From an uncultured Syntrophomonadaceae bacterium (GTDB lineage Bacteria; Bacillota; Ch66; Ch109), in NCBI GenBank assembly GCA_964556555.1, contig CAZKWP010000002.1, forward strand, positions 3,313-57,308: a stretch of DNA of 53,996 nucleotides, written 5' to 3'. This document shows positions 52,301 to 53,996 of this stretch, one piece after another; the stretch's first letter is position 1, and every line of letters begins with the position of its first letter. Position numbers and translations under genes: made by a program. The notes under the pieces were generated by a model that saw nothing but the letters and a program-made list of their open reading frames with translations, did no database searches and was not told where the DNA came from.

Positions 52301-53152
52301 GGATGAGTAAAGCATCGGGGTACTCGTCCACGAATCGCCCAAGCCCAGACCGTCTACGCTTTTATTCGCTTTGATCGAATCAACCTGATCCTGGCTGAGG
52401 TAAACAAAGCTGTTCCGCAATCCCGCTCCATTGGTTATTCCGGTTCCACCGATCACTAATCCGGTCTGATCAGGAACGAGCAGGTCTAACCCGGCGCCAT
52501 TATCAATAAGCTCCACCGCCGAACCGTCTGACTGGATTATCTGCAAGGAGCTGATCAAGCGCATATAGGTGGTATTGCCGAATCTGTCTATGGAAAAATC
52601 CCCGCCCCGGTTTCTCGCTATCCGACAATAAGTGGCCGGATAGGTCACCGACGGGTCAGTATCTTTGTATCCGACAGATGGTTCCGAGGTATCGTTTACT
52701 TTATGGGTCAACAGGTAATGATTGGCTGCGTAATCCTTCGCCTCAGCAACCGTAAAGGGAGCGTTGGTATAGGCATCACTGCAAACCGCTTTTATCTGAT
52801 AATCATCCGCTAAGGTTAGGTCGAGCGTGTCTTCTGCATCCGCTAAAAGGTCGGCCAATTTTATTCCGCAGCAGGTTTCGTGCAAGCCTTCATCATTTTC
52901 GGTATAAATATCAGATGTCGCCTGCCCCGCAAACTTATACCCCGTCGCTCCGGTAATATCCCCCCAGGTATACGGCAGGGTTTGCCCGCCTATCTCTACA
53001 TTTAACACCACGACATCGTTTGCTGGATCGGGTATCGGTGTCTGCAAAGTTTTGGCTTGTGCCGCCGGGGCTTGAACCAGCATAAAACTCAGCATAAACA
53101 TGATCAAAACTATACTGCTTATGTATTTTTTTAAGTTTCCGTTTCTAAGCAA
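49355..53152 (-). CDS. Giant secreted SLH-domain envelope protein with about 5 divergent SUOX/YedY-like domains and a Listeria-Bacteroides (Flg_new) repeat
   Basis: TTG start after GAGGAG. Signal peptide ...FMLVQAPAAQA. Divergent repeats have cores such as GINLKTVLTALG...ATDGY, GVPLSVLLTELG...NDGSG...PLRIY and GALLTDLLNDLKG...EEDGY. One YTVSFEENGGT...LEGWYTD...FYAKW repeat is present, plus a G9/S-rich and PTEP linker. Three C-terminal SLH repeats follow (IKGHWAEASIKNL..., TGSHWAREAIATA..., SSIATWARDAAAS...). Confidence 0.7.
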   Translation of the reverse strand: MLRNGNLKKYISSIVLIMFMLSFMLVQAPAAQAKTLQTPIPDPANDVVVLNVEIGGQTLPYTWGDITGATGYKFAGQATSDIYTENDEGLHETCCGIKLADLLADAEDTLDLTLADDYQIKAVCSDAYTNAPFTVAEAKDYAANHYLLTHKVNDTSEPSVGYKDTDPSVTYPATYCRIARNRGGDFSIDRFGNTTYMRLISSLQIIQSDGSAVELIDNGAGLDLLVPDQTGLVIGGTGITNGAGLRNSFVYLSQDQVDSIKANKSVDGLGLGDSWTSTPMLYSSYDNHGTPEYVYRLAEGINLKTVLTALGADVNSAPVAIEATATDGYTAIVSDAFSHTVSRNYIAPDGTVGPVVDPILIFYDDKVTTSTPDSSLEVPTVTEAIADANPLFAYGQTEPTEETNCKFVKNTNKIRAGKVDPAFIITQDSNTKSISLSDIALIGIYETSYSWNNGGTLVAQSVTGVPLSVLLTELGVTVPSNEDLIIKVNDGSGTVASSRSISSSEISRCFVAFDAFADSERSERVSGSLTPLRIYCPGQTEDRVLIENVVGASVNEVSQTYTVSFEENGGTAVASITGVSGATIDTAPVTTKEGSELEGWYTDAGLTNQVVFPYTIVDDVKFYAKWTAESIVGDREPGGDINNSVFYIALKDASGETKYYYYTKAELETYETQEAYTYDDHSVIKTVTCKGALLTDLLNDLKGVSITEDMVVQYSEEDGYHADAATAVIDSNYKDTIESLTKSTIGGSGSTKNPLRPIVTYAIHEEYANPDAYNVNDPAGVFKDADNNSGYLRVYRDTGGANSAVMKYMMGVVISPDGALLSGKNGCVVTSVSDKNPTLKVRNDLTLKGLLPGMQYAVKAPAVTNAALAAGQTSPVLITVGSGAPAEQVITFQYTEDTYFYVKNAISKTTTNYTYTDLMAMSEQVPDANANTPPYGYSRPMYYRYNGVWLSDLVSGLSGKYTIKLVANDGTKTDITKNIADYFAAYNNTQSKTSTNIPEGKRVTVTYNDAKIIIPGTGENITGSAATDYTPAGKDVDVLVAAAEGLEIVSSGGGGGGGGGSSSSGSSKDKDVEPTEPAEPTEPTEPAQPTQPSQLNDIKGHWAEASIKNLVAAGAITGYPDGSFKADNTITRAEFATVLVKAYKLTATDGKIFADTGSHWAREAIATAAANGIITGYSDTAFGPDDPITREQMALMIVRAEKIAAQSGELHFTDTSSIATWARDAAASAVAAKLMSGYPDQTFRPQANATRAEAVSVIARALGQQ

Positions 53153-53659
53153 AATTTTAATCCACTCCTCACTATTTTTATCAGGTGATTCATTAGTTAA
53201 ATTCCATTTTCCCCCCTCTCTCTTTATCCCTTGATCTCTTTCTCCGGGTTATTTCACAACGTCAGGCAGACGCTGAATTTTCTGACAGATAAAACTAAAA
53301 GGGTGCCAACTATTGCAACCGTAATTGCGGATATGCGGGCATCCCCTGATTAATGACGGCAAAACTTATATCCCTTCTCCCCAATTAACTTTGAATCAGT
53401 CTTATATGCTTACAAAACATAATCCAGTGAGCACAAAATTACATAAATCAGTTCTATCAGAAACATTTTTATTTTATTTGAACCAAAATTAACATAGCCA
53501 CTACAAACATTACATAAATCATCATAAAATAACACATAGTTGCAAAGTTTGAGCGAATTAATATACTAAACGATATATTACATGGCATAACGTAACTTAT
53601 ATATAATATAATTAATGCCGAACAATGTGTCAATGTATTCTAGATAAATTAATGCAAAA

Positions 53660-53773
53660 GGGATTTATCGCTTTTCCAACGGTTATTTCCTTATCGCCCT
53701 GGCCCAGGAAGTGACACGCATTCAAGAAGCCCTGAAGCGAATGGAAGCGGCCTTAGGCACTCTGGAAATTTAA
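53660..53773 (+). pseudogene. Orphan 3'-terminal fragment of a dapL-like aminotransferase gene
   Basis: It translates to GIYRFSNGYFLIALAQEVTRIQEALKRMEAALGTLEI*. The intact dapL ends ...[37 protein letters not shown]. My hand alignment gives 77 of 96 nt and 22 of 31 aa identical. An in-frame TAA lies just upstream, and there is no start codon or N-terminal part. Confidence 0.75.
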
Positions 53774-53996
53774 ACATCTAAAGCAAGTTTTAAATAGAAA
53801 GAATTTAAATATAAACATCCAAAAATTTATAATAAATTAGGCCGTTGTAATCAACGACCTAGTTTATTTCCGAATTCCAACTATACGCTTTAAACCTGGC
53901 TTCTCATGCGGAGACGCTAATTGGACCAAGGAACCGAGGCGACATGTTTGGCAAGAATGGCTAAATTGCGCTCGGTTAAAGGTATTACCATAATCC

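Noticed and set aside
53153-53420. A known riboswitch (cobalamin, Moco, THF, TPP or FMN) in the leader of the first giant gene
   Set aside because: I could not find the conserved cores by eye, for example the B12 box, the Moco CCUCCGAG/GGAAAGG elements or the TPP CUGAGA. This is an unverified negative, and cmscan is needed.
53864-53996. Two minus-strand frames open to the right window edge: ...DYGNTFNRAQFSHSCQTCRLGSLVQLASPHEKPGLKRIVGIRK*, ending at 53864, and ...IPLTERNLAILAKHVASVPWSN*, ending near 53917. I examined both as a possible integrase or transposase C-terminus for the island.
   Set aside because: The fragments are too short to choose a frame or recognise a family, and no recombinase motif is visible. 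The question needs sequence beyond the window.

Overview
This 54-kb window looks like chromosomal DNA from a Gram-positive anaerobe of the Clostridia type. That placement is an inference from the pcrA-(ppaC)-ligA ... gatCAB gene order, GGAGG-type ribosome-binding sites, frequent GTG/TTG starts and SLH-domain envelope proteins. All product calls come from motif recognition by eye on the supplied translations; no searches were run.

Positions 1-34.3 kb are mostly housekeeping:
- an alpha-glucan/glycogen cluster: GH57 enzyme, an NDP-sugar pyrophosphorylase fused to a degenerate PGM/PMM-like domain, a GT4 synthase and a small CBM-like protein
- a homocitrate/Re-citrate-synthase-like gene followed by LeuC- and LeuD-type dehydratase genes
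- gatCAB
- a HipA-like kinase, a PaaI thioesterase, a TetR regulator and a PHP phosphoesterase
- a UbiD decarboxylase with a small partner
- ligA, a CBS-type family II pyrophosphatase, pcrA, nadE and asnB
- a glnB-amtB nitrogen module with terminator-containing leaders
- dapF-dapL

The most unusual part is about 34.3-53.7 kb. This roughly 19-kb block sits directly after dapL and is closed at its far end by a diverged orphan copy of the dapL 3' end, which looks like an insertion footprint. No integrase is visible.

The block carries a long minus-strand gene array:
- two giant secreted SLH-domain proteins (1265 and 1755 aa) built from repeated, Cys-less sulfite-oxidase/YedY-like domains
- a lipoprotein and a membrane-anchored protein, each with one copy of the same domain, flanking an ECF-type S component
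- two EcfA ATPase genes split by a secreted purple-acid-phosphatase-like metallophosphoesterase
- EcfT
- a THEP1-like NTPase

A convergent gene encodes a secreted papain-family peptidase. I propose this block is an undescribed envelope-tethered capture-and-process system feeding an ECF importer. The substrate is unknown.

No rRNA, tRNA, CRISPR array or transposase was recognised.
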